Virus record (IMG/VR): IMGVR_UViG_3300013114_000098
Strand: one strand, 5' to 3'
DNA length: 64,000 bases
From: a virus
Part shown: positions 8,194 through 18,604 of the stretch, piece after piece
Position numbering within the stretch: the first letter of the stretch is position 1
Layout of the letters: each line of letters begins with the position of its first letter
Notes under the pieces: model-generated
What the model saw: only the letters and a program-made list of their open reading frames with translations
Told to the model about the DNA's origin: nothing
Databases searched by the model: none
Made by a program: the position numbers and the translations under genes

Positions 8194-9171
8194 TTAATCC
8201 TTAAATAATTCAGGATTGTTTTCTTTTGATACCATATATTGTTGTCCGTCAAGTGTAACAATTTTATTTTCGCCCAATACAAATTTAGCATCTGTCACTT
8301 TATTTGCGTCTATAGCAATTGCGGCCATTTCTGCATCACGAGCCGCGGCATCTGTACTAGTTATACCTTGAGCTCTTATTATTTGTGCATCTTCTAAAAC
8401 TTGATAAGTTGGATATTTTATTAGCTCTGCTTTGTTTGATTCCATTTTTGTTGCACCATTTTCTAAAATATTCAGCATCTTTTCAGAAGTAGTTTCATAA
8501 GTACCAGATGTATCAGAAAACTCTTCTACATGATTTAATTCTTCTAAAGCATTCAGCATCTTTTCAGAAGTAGCTTCACGTTGAGTGATGTCACTAAGTA
8601 TTCTATATCCTTCATAATTAAATGACACTCTGAATACTGTAGGACTACTATCTGAATAGTCTAACGTATCAGCATCTGCGTTTGCAATAAATGGATGGAA
8701 AATTTCAATTTCGTTTGATAAAATGACTTTTTTGCCTTCTTTAGCATCAATTCTTTTAATAATCATTGATTTTATATAATGACCATCAGCTGGAACTTCA
8801 ATACCTTTTGCGCCAAGTAACCAACTAGCATAATCATCGTCATTCATTGGACCGGCAACATAATGCCTTGCGTAATCTTTTAGAAATTTTTCAAATTCAG
8901 CATCTTTATTATCATATGCTGTAAGTGTTATAGGAGTATAATCTATTCCTGTTTGGACTACATGTTTGTGATTATATCTGTTGATTGTTTGTGTTCTATA
9001 CACAAACGATGGCATTTGTACATTGGCTATACGTGTAAGATCAACTGATCCGACTATTGTGTTTAAACTGACTGTAAAGGAAAATTTATTCCTTGGAATA
9101 GCAGTCATCACACCTTTAGTAAGACCCTGTCGATAATTTACATATGCTTGATCACCTAAACCTAAAGACAT
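8194..9171 (-). CDS. Tail-tube-like protein (gp19/gp54 fold) with C-terminal extension
   Basis: VQMPSF...NRYN...IDYTPITLTAYD...DTLDYSDS; follows the tail tube gene. Confidence 0.7.
   Translation of the reverse strand: MSLGLGDQAYVNYRQGLTKGVMTAIPRNKFSFTVSLNTIVGSVDLTRIANVQMPSFVYRTQTINRYNHKHVVQTGIDYTPITLTAYDNKDAEFEKFLKDYARHYVAGPMNDDDYASWLLGAKGIEVPADGHYIKSMIIKRIDAKEGKKVILSNEIEIFHPFIANADADTLDYSDSSPTVFRVSFNYEGYRILSDITQREATSEKMLNALEELNHVEEFSDTSGTYETTSEKMLNILENGATKMESNKAELIKYPTYQVLEDAQIIRAQGITSTDAAARDAEMAAIAIDANKVTDAKFVLGENKIVTLDGQQYMVSKENNPELFKD
8461..8573. repeat. Intragenic direct repeat, 81-bp period
   Basis: attcagcatcttttcagaagtag at 8470-8492 and 8551-8573 (TSEKMLN twice). Confidence 0.85.
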
Positions 9172-9190
9172 TACTGACCTCCTAGCCTAC

Positions 9191-9802
9191 TTAGCTAGTA
9201 GCACCAGTTTCGCCTGCGTCGCTACTTGCACTTCCGTCTGATAATACATCTTTAGTATCAACTTCGTGTGCCGCGTGATCGTAACGTAATGTTAATGTAA
9301 CTTGAACCATATTACTATCTGCGTAGTTTAAATCACCATATTGTATTCCACTAATAAAGCAACCCATTAGTGACCACTTATCAAATGTAGTTGGAGCATC
9401 TGCCGCTCCATTAGCACCATCTAATGTTTCAATAGTAGTTTCAAATTTATATGCACTTCCAGCAATAGAACTTGCTTGATCTGCATGATCAACTTGTTTA
9501 TTTAATTGTGCTCCTAATTGTTTGATAACATTTGAATTCATATCATCACGGAATACAATTGTTACTGGTTCCCAGGTATGTTTACCTGCTAGATACATTT
9601 TTGAGTTGTAAGAATCAACTACAACTTCTTCATGTGTTAAATTTGGGCGTGAAGCACTAATAACGTTCTGTGTCATTTCAGATTTTAGCGTTCCATCACC
9701 AATATTGTTGAAGCTCACCCTAAAACGATATTGCAGTTTAGGCATCAAAGTCGTGCCAGCTGAACTGTCTGTTGGGACTCCAAAATTTGTAATTACAGCC
9801 AT
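9191..9802 (-). CDS. gp19: Tail tube protein
   Basis: MPKLQYRFRV...YLAGKHTWEPVT..FRDD...YGDLNY; directly after the sheath; late promoter at 9847-9855. Confidence 0.9.
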   Translation of the reverse strand: MAVITNFGVPTDSSAGTTLMPKLQYRFRVSFNNIGDGTLKSEMTQNVISASRPNLTHEEVVVDSYNSKMYLAGKHTWEPVTIVFRDDMNSNVIKQLGAQLNKQVDHADQASSIAGSAYKFETTIETLDGANGAADAPTTFDKWSLMGCFISGIQYGDLNYADSNMVQVTLTLRYDHAAHEVDTKDVLSDGSASSDAGETGATS

Positions 9803-9898
9803 TTGTTTTTCTCCTATAATACTATATTGTAGTATTCTGTTATATTGTATTTATCAAATCAATGATGAAAATTAACAATCTCCCAAATTTACCACATT

Positions 9899-9930
9899 AA
9901 AGGCTACTATATCTCTATAGTAGCCCTTTT
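9899..9930 (-). terminator. Hairpin terminator after the sheath gene
   Basis: ggctactata-tctc-tatagtagcc flanked by A/T runs. Confidence 0.7.
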
Positions 9931-9951
9931 ATGTATAATTAAATTAAAATA

Positions 9952-12399
9952 TTAAGCTAATTCGCCAGTATTTACAATTCTAATTGGAATGTAAATGAAT
10001 TCTGCTGATTTAGTTGGCTCAATTGCCACATCAACATAAAATTCATTAGCATCTATTCTTGCCGCTGTATTGTTTGTTTCATCACATACAACTGCAAAGT
10101 CGTAAACACCACGTTGTTGCATAATATTTGATAAAAATCCATCAAATGTTGCTTTAGCGTTTGCACGAGTTCCTGCGTCATTAGTTTCAAATAAGTAAGG
10201 TCTTGCAATAACTGCAAAACGTTCTCTTAAATAAGCCGTAAGTCTTGCAACGTTAACTCTGTCTAATGCTGATGCTGAGGCGTGCATTGACTTTTGTCCA
10301 AATACTACAACGCCATCTGAAGGGAATTTAGCAATTGGATTAAGTTTTTGTGCATACATTGCATCTCTAGATCCTTGAGTTAATGATAGTTTAACAAACT
10401 CATTTTCAGTATTCAAATAACCAACGTTAGTTGCATTTTGTACAACACCACGTGTTAAGCCTGCTGGTGCAAACCATTGGTATGATGCATTATCGCTGTA
10501 AGCATATGTATACAATGCTATGTGTGATGCTGGTGCAACAACATTATCACCCGTTGCTGGGTTAGTTGTTAATGCATGTGGATAATAAACAGCACTATAA
10601 GTATTTGCTGTTACTAGTCCAACTTCACCATTTTCTGTTGCAGTTGTACCTTGTTTCCAAGCTACTGCTTCAGTTGCATTTAAACGGAATGGAGCGTCAA
10701 CAATAATAAATGCTGTTTCGTCTCTGTCTGCGTTTAATGTTACCATTTCATCATATAACTCTGTATAACTTGGAGCCGCAATTAAACGGAATGCTACAGT
10801 ATCTTCACGTAGTTCTGCAACTGCCGCTGATGCCTGCATAGCTGTTGTAACAACTCTACGCTGACCTAATCTACCAAATGAACCTGAGCCATTTGCTTGA
10901 TTACTAGCTTTGTTACGCCATTTCCAAGTTGTTGATAATGTTGAATCATATTCTCTAACAGTTCCGCCTGAACGACACATATTAATACCTGTCATTCCTA
11001 CTGGATGTGTAAGTGGATTTGGAGCACCTGCTAATAGAGTTGCTTCAAACGTGTCTGCAGTTGTATCATTAGCTGTAATATCGCCAAATGTAACACCTGC
11101 CGCTGTAGTTTGATCTGCGTTGTCTTTAACAACCCATGCTGTACCGTTATGTCTGTAAATTACAGGATAACCACTTGCATCTGTATCAACCCAATAGTCG
11201 CCGTCTGCTAATGCCGCACCGCCAGTATCTGTAGTTGGTGCTGTTGTTGTGTATTGTACATCTGCGGCTCTTTTCCATTTTTGTACTCCTGAATCAGCTT
11301 CTACTTCGTAGACTGCTAATTCGTTTACATCTGGATCATACCAAAGTGTACCAGTTACTGGTGCACCAGATGGTTGTGTTGTCGAAACTGACATTACAAA
11401 ACCGCCTGTTGCTACTGTGGCATCTGTTGCAATATTGTCCCAATCAGATTGTACACTATCATAACGTTTTAATACAATTTTACCACTTGTACCGTTTTGT
11501 GCATCATGGTCTAACCAAATGTCTCCATCTGAGAAAGAACGTGCTGTTGCTAATGTTCCGTCAGCAAATACGTCTGCTGTAGTTCCTGCTGGTGTACCGT
11601 TTTGTGCATATACAGGAGCTTTCTTTACGAATGCACCTGCTACGTCTGTAAATAATTGTGGGTCAATTACAAATCCGCCTGGAGTTGTAGTTTTAATCCA
11701 AACATCACCACCTGTTGGTGAAGTTGGTGCTGTATAATGTGCTGACCAGTTAACATCGTCTGAGAACCCATTGTCTAATAGATCCCAAGCACCTGATACA
11801 CCTTTATAATAATAAAATGCTGTTTCAGTTGCACTGTTAACTATTTCAACTAGGTAATTGCCGTTAACTACTGTGGCCGTTGCCGCGCCTGCTGTAGTTA
11901 CAACTTCAACTGTTGGAGTTTTTTCTAACCAAGCACCGTTAGTATATTCGTTTATACCAAATGTAGCACCTGTTGGATTTATCCAATATGTGTTATTTGC
12001 AGGGTCACCTGTTGGTGCCGCTGACTGAGGTCTAAGTTGTGATAAGTTCACGTCAGCACGTACTATGTACGCCGCTGCACTTTGACCTAAAAATGAATAT
12101 GCTGCCAATAATCCGTATTCATTTGTTTCGTCACCTTGTTGAACTGTACCACCTACTTTATGAAAATCGCAATTTCCAAAGTATTGTGTTAGTTCACGTT
12201 GTGAAGTAACTAGAATAGGTTTGTTTGAATTCGCAGACTTCGTATATTTTGCAATGCCGTCTGATTCAGTTAGGGTTGGATCAACCTTGTCCTCACCAGT
12301 AGCAATGAATAACATAGGAACTGTACCCGCTCCGCCAGGACCGTATACTGATTCGTCTGTTACTGAAACCTGTACGCCAGGTGAAGTAAGATTTGCCAT
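9952..12399 (-). CDS. gp18: Tail sheath protein
   Basis: LTSPGVQV, WFAPAGLTRG, FGQKS, SALDRVNVARL, VCDETNN, EFIYIPIR; late promoter at 12448-12456. Confidence 0.96.
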   Translation of the reverse strand: MANLTSPGVQVSVTDESVYGPGGAGTVPMLFIATGEDKVDPTLTESDGIAKYTKSANSNKPILVTSQRELTQYFGNCDFHKVGGTVQQGDETNEYGLLAAYSFLGQSAAAYIVRADVNLSQLRPQSAAPTGDPANNTYWINPTGATFGINEYTNGAWLEKTPTVEVVTTAGAATATVVNGNYLVEIVNSATETAFYYYKGVSGAWDLLDNGFSDDVNWSAHYTAPTSPTGGDVWIKTTTPGGFVIDPQLFTDVAGAFVKKAPVYAQNGTPAGTTADVFADGTLATARSFSDGDIWLDHDAQNGTSGKIVLKRYDSVQSDWDNIATDATVATGGFVMSVSTTQPSGAPVTGTLWYDPDVNELAVYEVEADSGVQKWKRAADVQYTTTAPTTDTGGAALADGDYWVDTDASGYPVIYRHNGTAWVVKDNADQTTAAGVTFGDITANDTTADTFEATLLAGAPNPLTHPVGMTGINMCRSGGTVREYDSTLSTTWKWRNKASNQANGSGSFGRLGQRRVVTTAMQASAAVAELREDTVAFRLIAAPSYTELYDEMVTLNADRDETAFIIVDAPFRLNATEAVAWKQGTTATENGEVGLVTANTYSAVYYPHALTTNPATGDNVVAPASHIALYTYAYSDNASYQWFAPAGLTRGVVQNATNVGYLNTENEFVKLSLTQGSRDAMYAQKLNPIAKFPSDGVVVFGQKSMHASASALDRVNVARLTAYLRERFAVIARPYLFETNDAGTRANAKATFDGFLSNIMQQRGVYDFAVVCDETNNTAARIDANEFYVDVAIEPTKSAEFIYIPIRIVNTGELA

Positions 12400-12491
12400 G
12401 TTAAGCTCCTTTTCTGATATAGACTAATGCCTAAATTTACTATATATGTATTTATTTAGATTTGTTTAAATCAGCGGTTTATAGAGTTAAC

Positions 12492-14711
12492 TTAGTTGTT
12501 AATATGGCCTATATTTATCAAAAGTTGCTCAAAACTTTCAATAATGCACCTTTCGAATCCTTTGCCCCAAAGCCCATGAACAATCATATGAATTCTATTT
12601 TCTGTTCCATTATGAAGCACTGAATGTTTTCTTCCTATATCAATGCCACGTACCTCTCCTGGTTGCCATGGAATTAGTCCAGCATCTTCTAATGCAAACT
12701 GTACTCCTGGTGGATTACTTAACGAAACATTAAAAGCCGCTATGCTTCTTGTGTCAAAATCTTGATGTGGTTTAATATACCCGCCTGGTTCTATTAACAT
12801 AAACCTAACTCTGTGAAATTCATCAAATGGAAATTTATTTTTTAACCAATCTACTGTAACTGGACAATCTTTTGCTATACTTGTCCAATCATATGGAGCA
12901 CTATTTTCTTTGGTATCAATTCCTTCTTCTATATAATAATTTGCAGGTTGTGTTCTATCTACATCTTGTCCATGAATTACAATACTGCTCCAGCCTGGAT
13001 TCCAACCTCCTCTATGTTTAACATATCGTCCTAAAAATTGTTCTGCTTCTGCTGTCATTTCTTTATATGGTACTGGAATATTTAAAAGTAAACTTGGAGT
13101 ATTGCTATGATGAACAATCCAGTCACAATATTGTGGTATTAAACTATTATCTTCTTTCCATTTTTTAAACTTCTCATCAGGAAGTTTTAAATCTTGATAG
13201 TGTGTTTTTTCACAACATTTATTAATAAACTGTTTTACTATCTTTAAATTACGTATATAAAGTTTATTGTCTACTTGTTCTGTTTTAGCATTTTTATTCC
13301 ACTTTAATAGCTTCATTGGATTTGTTTCTGGAATATCAGAAAATTTAACTATTTCACAATCGTCTATCCAATTTAGCATAGGAGTACATTGACCTGCGCC
13401 ACGTGCCGCATATACTAATATATTATTATTTTTTGATACTTCTTTTAATTGAATTAAAATATCATTACACAATTGCCATCTTTGCTGTAGGCTATAATAA
13501 AATGATGTAGGCATATAATGAAATATATTACTTAAATGTAAATAAGTAACTTTATCTTGTGTTAAATCGTTTGTTATGTCTTCAAAATGCTCTGGGTTAA
13601 GAATATCTATATTTCTATAATGAACATTTATATGAGGAAGTATTTCATTTACCCATCTTTGAAATCCTTCTAATTCTTTTATAACTCTATCAGCATCTTC
13701 TATTTTATTATAACCTCTCCATTCAACAGAATTATCCTTTAGCATTTCTTTAGCAAAATTAAAATAATCACTACCGTCCCATTCTTTTATTATCTTTTTT
13801 GTAAATTTAAGGGCAGTTCTTGAACAATCATACGCAACAATAGTATCATTTTTTTGTAAATTTAATTTAAATGCAAATATAAGTGTACTAAGTCCAGCGG
13901 CAGGTGTTATTATTTGCTGAAACTTTTTATCCCATTTAGGAAAAGTATGTTCACTTCTGTAATCAATTAGCTCTTCTAAATTAGGTAATGTTTCAGTATT
14001 AGCAATGAAAAATACATCTGTTTCTAATTGTTCTAAAAGTTCGCCACGATGTCTAGGACCATCATCATCAACTTCTGCATATGCATAATATTTTGTTACT
14101 CTTACTTTTTTAGGCCAAGACATGATTGTTTGACCATCTTCTATTAATGCTCTTACTAAATTCCAGCCTTCTCTTTTTCCTGAATATGTTCTTAATTGTT
14201 TGCCTGGTGCTACCCAATGAGGAGTATATTCATCATGATGATTTTCTTTACTACGAATAGGTTCTATTGTTTCAAATGATTCAGGGTCCCATTCACCCCA
14301 TTCGGGAAATCCAGCATCAGCCCACCAATTAAGATCAATTAAAAATGTTTGTGGATGAATTCTATAATAAGTTTCATTATGATCTAGTATGTGCCCAACA
14401 AACTTAGCATCACTATTATCATTATAAAACTTTATAAATTCAGTGTGAAATTTATCATCACGAGGCATACATCCTTGTTTGAAAACAAGTATTTTTGAAA
14501 ACCCATTATTGTATGCTTGTTTTAATAAATCAGATATAGTATCACTAGCAAAAGATTGCCAAATAAAATTAGACATTTCAACTGACCAATAGTCAGTTAA
14601 ATTTCTTGTATAACCTTTAGCAAAGTCATCTTTAATGTCATTATTATATAACCAACCTAATGTTAATTCTTTTGATTTATTTTTGGATTGCCACCATTCT
14701 TCATTAAACAT
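12492..14711 (-). CDS. Fusion of an uncharacterised N-terminal region with a C-terminal Asp/Asn beta-hydroxylase-like 2OG-Fe(II) oxygenase
   Basis: RVRFMLIEPGGYIKPHQD (HxD) ... HSVLHNGTENRIHMIVH; late promoter at 14736-14744. Confidence 0.7.
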   Translation of the reverse strand: MFNEEWWQSKNKSKELTLGWLYNNDIKDDFAKGYTRNLTDYWSVEMSNFIWQSFASDTISDLLKQAYNNGFSKILVFKQGCMPRDDKFHTEFIKFYNDNSDAKFVGHILDHNETYYRIHPQTFLIDLNWWADAGFPEWGEWDPESFETIEPIRSKENHHDEYTPHWVAPGKQLRTYSGKREGWNLVRALIEDGQTIMSWPKKVRVTKYYAYAEVDDDGPRHRGELLEQLETDVFFIANTETLPNLEELIDYRSEHTFPKWDKKFQQIITPAAGLSTLIFAFKLNLQKNDTIVAYDCSRTALKFTKKIIKEWDGSDYFNFAKEMLKDNSVEWRGYNKIEDADRVIKELEGFQRWVNEILPHINVHYRNIDILNPEHFEDITNDLTQDKVTYLHLSNIFHYMPTSFYYSLQQRWQLCNDILIQLKEVSKNNNILVYAARGAGQCTPMLNWIDDCEIVKFSDIPETNPMKLLKWNKNAKTEQVDNKLYIRNLKIVKQFINKCCEKTHYQDLKLPDEKFKKWKEDNSLIPQYCDWIVHHSNTPSLLLNIPVPYKEMTAEAEQFLGRYVKHRGGWNPGWSSIVIHGQDVDRTQPANYYIEEGIDTKENSAPYDWTSIAKDCPVTVDWLKNKFPFDEFHRVRFMLIEPGGYIKPHQDFDTRSIAAFNVSLSNPPGVQFALEDAGLIPWQPGEVRGIDIGRKHSVLHNGTENRIHMIVHGLWGKGFERCIIESFEQLLINIGHINN

Positions 14712-14739
14712 ATAATGTCCTTTACAACAGTATATATAT

Positions 14740-15381
14740 TTATCTGACTATTTTGTCTAGGGTATGTTTTCTGAGTTCTTCAAGTGTAGATGTGTTTAAA
14801 AGTTCAATATCAAATTTCCAGCCTGCCCAACTCCATTCACTTTTGTGTACTTCTGGATGTCTAGCCTTCATTCCATCTACAATATGCATTGGCTTTTTTG
14901 AAACTTTTGCTTCATTAAGAATAGATGCGTTGTTCCACCATTCTGGTTTATCATATCGCCATACAACTGCTGTTTTTCCGCCGAGATTTTTAATAGCTTG
15001 AAGTTCATTAAAAAATCTGCAATCACTTATAACAACACTTTTTTCTGTACTTACAATTTGACGTTCACAAGCGGCAACCCATATATCAGGATGAAAGTGC
15101 GTTCTTAATGCATCTGTACCTACTTGTTGTAATGCAAGACGTGGAGTAAAATTTGGAATTTTTAAACGAGTGGCCCACCATTCATCAACTGTTTCTCTCC
15201 ATACTCTGCCTTCTGCGGTGTTGCCTTCTAATAGTATTCTATCCCATCCAAATATATTAGCACATGCATCTTTTAATACACCTGCAAAACTAACTCTTTC
15301 AAATCCTTCTTCAATTAAGAATCCTGCCGCTGTATCTTTTCCGTGCCCTATAAGTCCACATATACCAATTATTTGTTTCAT
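14740..15381 (-). CDS. gp1: Deoxynucleoside monophosphate kinase
   Basis: IIGICGLIGHGKDT, SFA..LKD, TPRLALQQVGTD, VISDCRF.NE, H.SE. Confidence 0.92.
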   Translation of the reverse strand: MKQIIGICGLIGHGKDTAAGFLIEEGFERVSFAGVLKDACANIFGWDRILLEGNTAEGRVWRETVDEWWATRLKIPNFTPRLALQQVGTDALRTHFHPDIWVAACERQIVSTEKSVVISDCRFFNELQAIKNLGGKTAVVWRYDKPEWWNNASILNEAKVSKKPMHIVDGMKARHPEVHKSEWSWAGWKFDIELLNTSTLEELRKHTLDKIVR

Positions 15382-15387
15382 GTACGT

Positions 15388-15416
15388 ATTATACTAAATT
15401 ATTACTAAAGTGTCAA
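15388..15416 (-). promoter_or_regulatory. Consensus sigma70 promoter, leaderless dNMP kinase mRNA
   Basis: TTGACA-17-TATAAT, then 6 nt, then ATG. Confidence 0.85.
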
Positions 15417-15721
15417 GTTCTTCTTTTGCTTAGATTCTGCATATGTTGTAATAGTTGTTCCCAAGTAACTTCCTTTTTTGGTTTTTTAAAGCCTTCAGGA
15501 TTAATTTTTTTAAACTTAAGATTATAAGTTTTAGGTTTAGGTTGGTCAGGTTGTGTACATTGTTTACATCTACAATGATCACAAACTTTTATTTCTCTAT
15601 ACTCACCGCCATCTACTTCATAGTCTTGTTCTGTAACATAACGAGGATTGCCGCAGTGAGAACCTGTGCCACAATTTTGACAATAGGTGTTAGAAAATGA
15701 GTGAATTGTGTTTGGGTACAT
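15413..15721 (-). CDS. Small Cys-rich (Zn-binding?) hypothetical protein
   Basis: CQNCGTGSHC ... CDHCRCKQC. Confidence 0.65.
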   Translation of the reverse strand: MYPNTIHSFSNTYCQNCGTGSHCGNPRYVTEQDYEVDGGEYREIKVCDHCRCKQCTQPDQPKPKTYNLKFKKINPEGFKKPKKEVTWEQLLQHMQNLSKRRT

Positions 15722-15722
15722 A

Positions 15723-16460
15723 TTATCCGATTACAAAACCAAGTCCAACACTTCCGTCATTGTATAATGTTAATTCTGTTTCTAAGTTAGTGATGTCGGT
15801 CATAGCGTCTTGACGTAATTGATCTGCATTCATTGTAGTTCCGCCTTGTGGCCCTGCAATTTGTGTAAACTTACCACGTGCTTCTGCCAACATTAATTTA
15901 GCATGTGCGAACGCATAATCCTTTATCCAAGGACCAGCGTAAGTATCTGCTAATAAACTCTCAGTTGGTCTGTAATTATAACAATGCAAAACTGCATTAT
16001 CATCTGCTTTAATTTTTCTTTGTAGGATTAATCTCTTATCTTGTGGGCGCCAAGTAAATAAAAGTTCAGCACCAAATAGTCTACCCATTGCTTCTCTATT
16101 TTGCTGTAAGAAATCAAAAGATGTTAATCCACCAGATCTAGTGCTACCTAAAAGGTATGTATTAAGATATGCGGCTTGAAACGGTTCTATGTCATTTCCT
16201 GTTCCACTACTTACACCAGTTGTACGTCTATAAATATCTCTTACTTCCATTACTTCTTCTGGTAATGTATATTCATTTTGACCTTCTAATATTTCTAAAA
16301 TAATGAAACTTTCTTCTACTGCATTTTCTGCACGTTGTCTATATTTTTGAAGTGCTTTATCAGCGGCAAGTTCATAATGTTCTGGATCGAGTTCGACATC
16401 GATCATTCCGCCGCCTAGGCGTAGTTCTATTTCTTTTTGAAGTTTATTCAATTGAGCCAT
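15723..16460 (-). CDS. gp13: Neck protein
   Basis: RLGGGMIDVELD, WIKDYA.A.AK..L..ARGKF...GPQGG..MN; late promoter at 16480-16488. Confidence 0.85.
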   Translation of the reverse strand: MAQLNKLQKEIELRLGGGMIDVELDPEHYELAADKALQKYRQRAENAVEESFIILEILEGQNEYTLPEEVMEVRDIYRRTTGVSSGTGNDIEPFQAAYLNTYLLGSTRSGGLTSFDFLQQNREAMGRLFGAELLFTWRPQDKRLILQRKIKADDNAVLHCYNYRPTESLLADTYAGPWIKDYAFAHAKLMLAEARGKFTQIAGPQGGTTMNADQLRQDAMTDITNLETELTLYNDGSVGLGFVIG

Positions 16461-16494
16461 TATTTAATTCTCCTACTATGTATTTATCACAGTA

Positions 16495-17787
16495 TCACTT
16501 ATTGAAGGCGGCTATTAGGATGATCTCTCCATTAACACGTCCATTTAGTTTAGTTTCTGTTGTTTTTAACGATTGAAACAACTTTTCTGTTTTAGCTCTT
16601 GTGGCTTTTTTAATTTGAGGTAAGAACTCAGCTGGTTTACGTACTGTTCGTTGTAAACTCTTTCCTTCATCAAATCCTTTTATTGTGGTTCCTTTTACAT
16701 TAAGTCCACTACCTTCACGTTTTAATCCCATAGGGTCAACATTACGAGCATAATACAGCCCGATCTTGCGGTTTTTAGTGTTAAAAACCACCAGTATTCG
16801 CGAGTAAATAATGTCTGCTGGTAAGATGCTAGCCAAACCATATTCGGTGTCTGTTTGCTTAAATTTGAGCTTCTTAACAATGGCTTCTGGGCTTCTAATT
16901 CGTACTTTACGTGGCTTACGATTTGCTTTACTTTCTGCCGCAAGTATATCACATGCATCTACTATTTTTCTATATACTTCAAGACATGCTTTATGTTGTA
17001 CAGGAGTCATATGACTATATCCTTCTTCCAACTGTAAACGCCAATCATCTTTATCTTCTTTTGATACTTTTGTAAGAAGTTCTACAAATTCATTTACATT
17101 ATCTATATATAAATTACGAATAATACGCGAATGTGCTTGTTTTACTCCTGCTTGTCGAAGCATACTAACTGGTTTAAAGTCTTTAACTGTTTTAGGATTA
17201 TACCCATTATCAATCCAATCTTCAAGCCAACATTCAATATCATCAGTCATTTGATATGCGGCACGATGTAGTAATTCTTGAATAGTAGGCTTGCGATTGT
17301 TTTCTTTATTTTTTGCTAATTGTTTTGCAAGTGCTTCTGCTTTTTCTACATGAACTTTGCCATCTTCAATTGCGGCTTTAATATTCTTGTTAATAAATTC
17401 TGTATGAGGCTTCGGAGTTCCCATTGTACCAGCAAGACTCTCCCAATATCTATTATGTGCTTCATGTACATCTGGACATCCCATAGTAAGCATTCTGCAA
17501 TAATATCCTAATGTAGAGCTAATAGAAGATCCTGTAGATGCCTTAGCACATCTTACATCATATTTACTATATCCATTTTCCAACATCCAATCATATGCAT
17601 ATCCATGCAAAATTGCCGCTTTATAATTTCTATAATAATAATCAGTTGCACCTGATAACTTACGATGCATTTCTTCGCCAGACCATTCACTAGCACCTTC
17701 CCAACTAGGATCTTTTAAATCGCCAGCACGAATTCTCCTGGAAGGTCTTGTGGGTTTTTTTCGTTTAATACCTTTAAGTAAGGCCAT
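16495..17787 (-). CDS. Conserved hypothetical phage protein
   Basis: 430-aa basic ORF with GGAG RBS; C-terminal VFNTKNRK...VKGTTI...RKP...NGRVN block. Confidence 0.75.
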   Translation of the reverse strand: MALLKGIKRKKPTRPSRRIRAGDLKDPSWEGASEWSGEEMHRKLSGATDYYYRNYKAAILHGYAYDWMLENGYSKYDVRCAKASTGSSISSTLGYYCRMLTMGCPDVHEAHNRYWESLAGTMGTPKPHTEFINKNIKAAIEDGKVHVEKAEALAKQLAKNKENNRKPTIQELLHRAAYQMTDDIECWLEDWIDNGYNPKTVKDFKPVSMLRQAGVKQAHSRIIRNLYIDNVNEFVELLTKVSKEDKDDWRLQLEEGYSHMTPVQHKACLEVYRKIVDACDILAAESKANRKPRKVRIRSPEAIVKKLKFKQTDTEYGLASILPADIIYSRILVVFNTKNRKIGLYYARNVDPMGLKREGSGLNVKGTTIKGFDEGKSLQRTVRKPAEFLPQIKKATRAKTEKLFQSLKTTETKLNGRVNGEIILIAAFNK

Positions 17788-17819
17788 TTTTTTCTCCGTG
17801 GTATTTTTGTAGTTATCAA

Positions 17820-17850
17820 TAAGAAGAAAAATTCGCTAGTTTAGCGAATT
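17820..17850 (-). terminator. Terminator closing the early two-gene cassette
   Basis: aattcgcta-aac-tagcgaatt followed by ttcttctt on the minus strand. Confidence 0.6.
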
Positions 17851-17888
17851 AATCTCAATCAAAAACAAGTTTACAACGAAAATGGATT

Positions 17889-18254
17889 TTAGTCAACCTT
17901 TGCGAAACCACGACTAGCAACAACGTGCTTAATTCCGTCTGGGCCTTCTACAACATCAGCAACACTAAGGCTATGCATTTTAGTTAACCTTTCAATGTTT
18001 TCTTCTGGACCCATGTTTCCAACATGAAACACATCTTCAAGTCCATCAGCAGTGATATTAGCAACGTGTGTGTAATAACCTTTATCAAAAGCATCTTTGG
18101 CTAATGCACCAATGTTATCAGCAAAATTCATATCCAATTTTGCTTTATGATGAGGAACACTGTTATGTCCTTTGTCATTAATCATATCAACATCTGCTTT
18201 TGAAAGTTGTATTTGGTAAATTTTATATGTTTTATTTAATTCGTTACTTCTCAT
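17889..18254 (-). CDS. YodL-like domain protein
   Basis: YKIYQI...LEDVF..GN...HSLSVADVV; start MRSNEL by TAATG overlap. Confidence 0.65.
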   Translation of the reverse strand: MRSNELNKTYKIYQIQLSKADVDMINDKGHNSVPHHKAKLDMNFADNIGALAKDAFDKGYYTHVANITADGLEDVFHVGNMGPEENIERLTKMHSLSVADVVEGPDGIKHVVASRGFAKVD

Positions 18255-18526
18255 TATAATGCTCCTTGTTTTGATTTCCAAGTTTCCATAACAGTTGTAT
18301 ACCAACTTGGGTTAGTGTCTTTAAGAATTGTTAATGGTGCTTTGCCTTCTTTCATAGCCGCTGTATAACTTTCTACAGTATGACTAGTAAGAAGTTCTTT
18401 AAGGAACTTAGCTTTAGTAAAAGGCCCACCATGTTTAAAACGTGCAATAAAAATGTCACGTTCACCGTTTTCTAGGTTATATGTTAAATACCCACCAAAA
18501 TAACTAAATTTCTCTTTTTTAAACAT
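18254..18526 (-). CDS. Hypothetical early protein
   Basis: 90-aa ORF with GGGAG RBS directly after a sigma70 promoter. Confidence 0.75.
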   Translation of the reverse strand: MFKKEKFSYFGGYLTYNLENGERDIFIARFKHGGPFTKAKFLKELLTSHTVESYTAAMKEGKAPLTILKDTNPSWYTTVMETWKSKQGAL

Positions 18527-18560
18527 ATTTCTAACTCCCTTTTTTATTAACTATACTTAT

Positions 18561-18589
18561 AGTATACAGTAAGACGTCTTACTTGTCAA
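18561..18589 (-). promoter_or_regulatory. Sigma70 promoter with a palindromic spacer
   Basis: TTGACA-17-TATACT; the spacer contains AGTAAGACGTCTTACT. Confidence 0.85.
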
Positions 18590-18604
18590 GTTTTTCTGCC
18601 ATAA

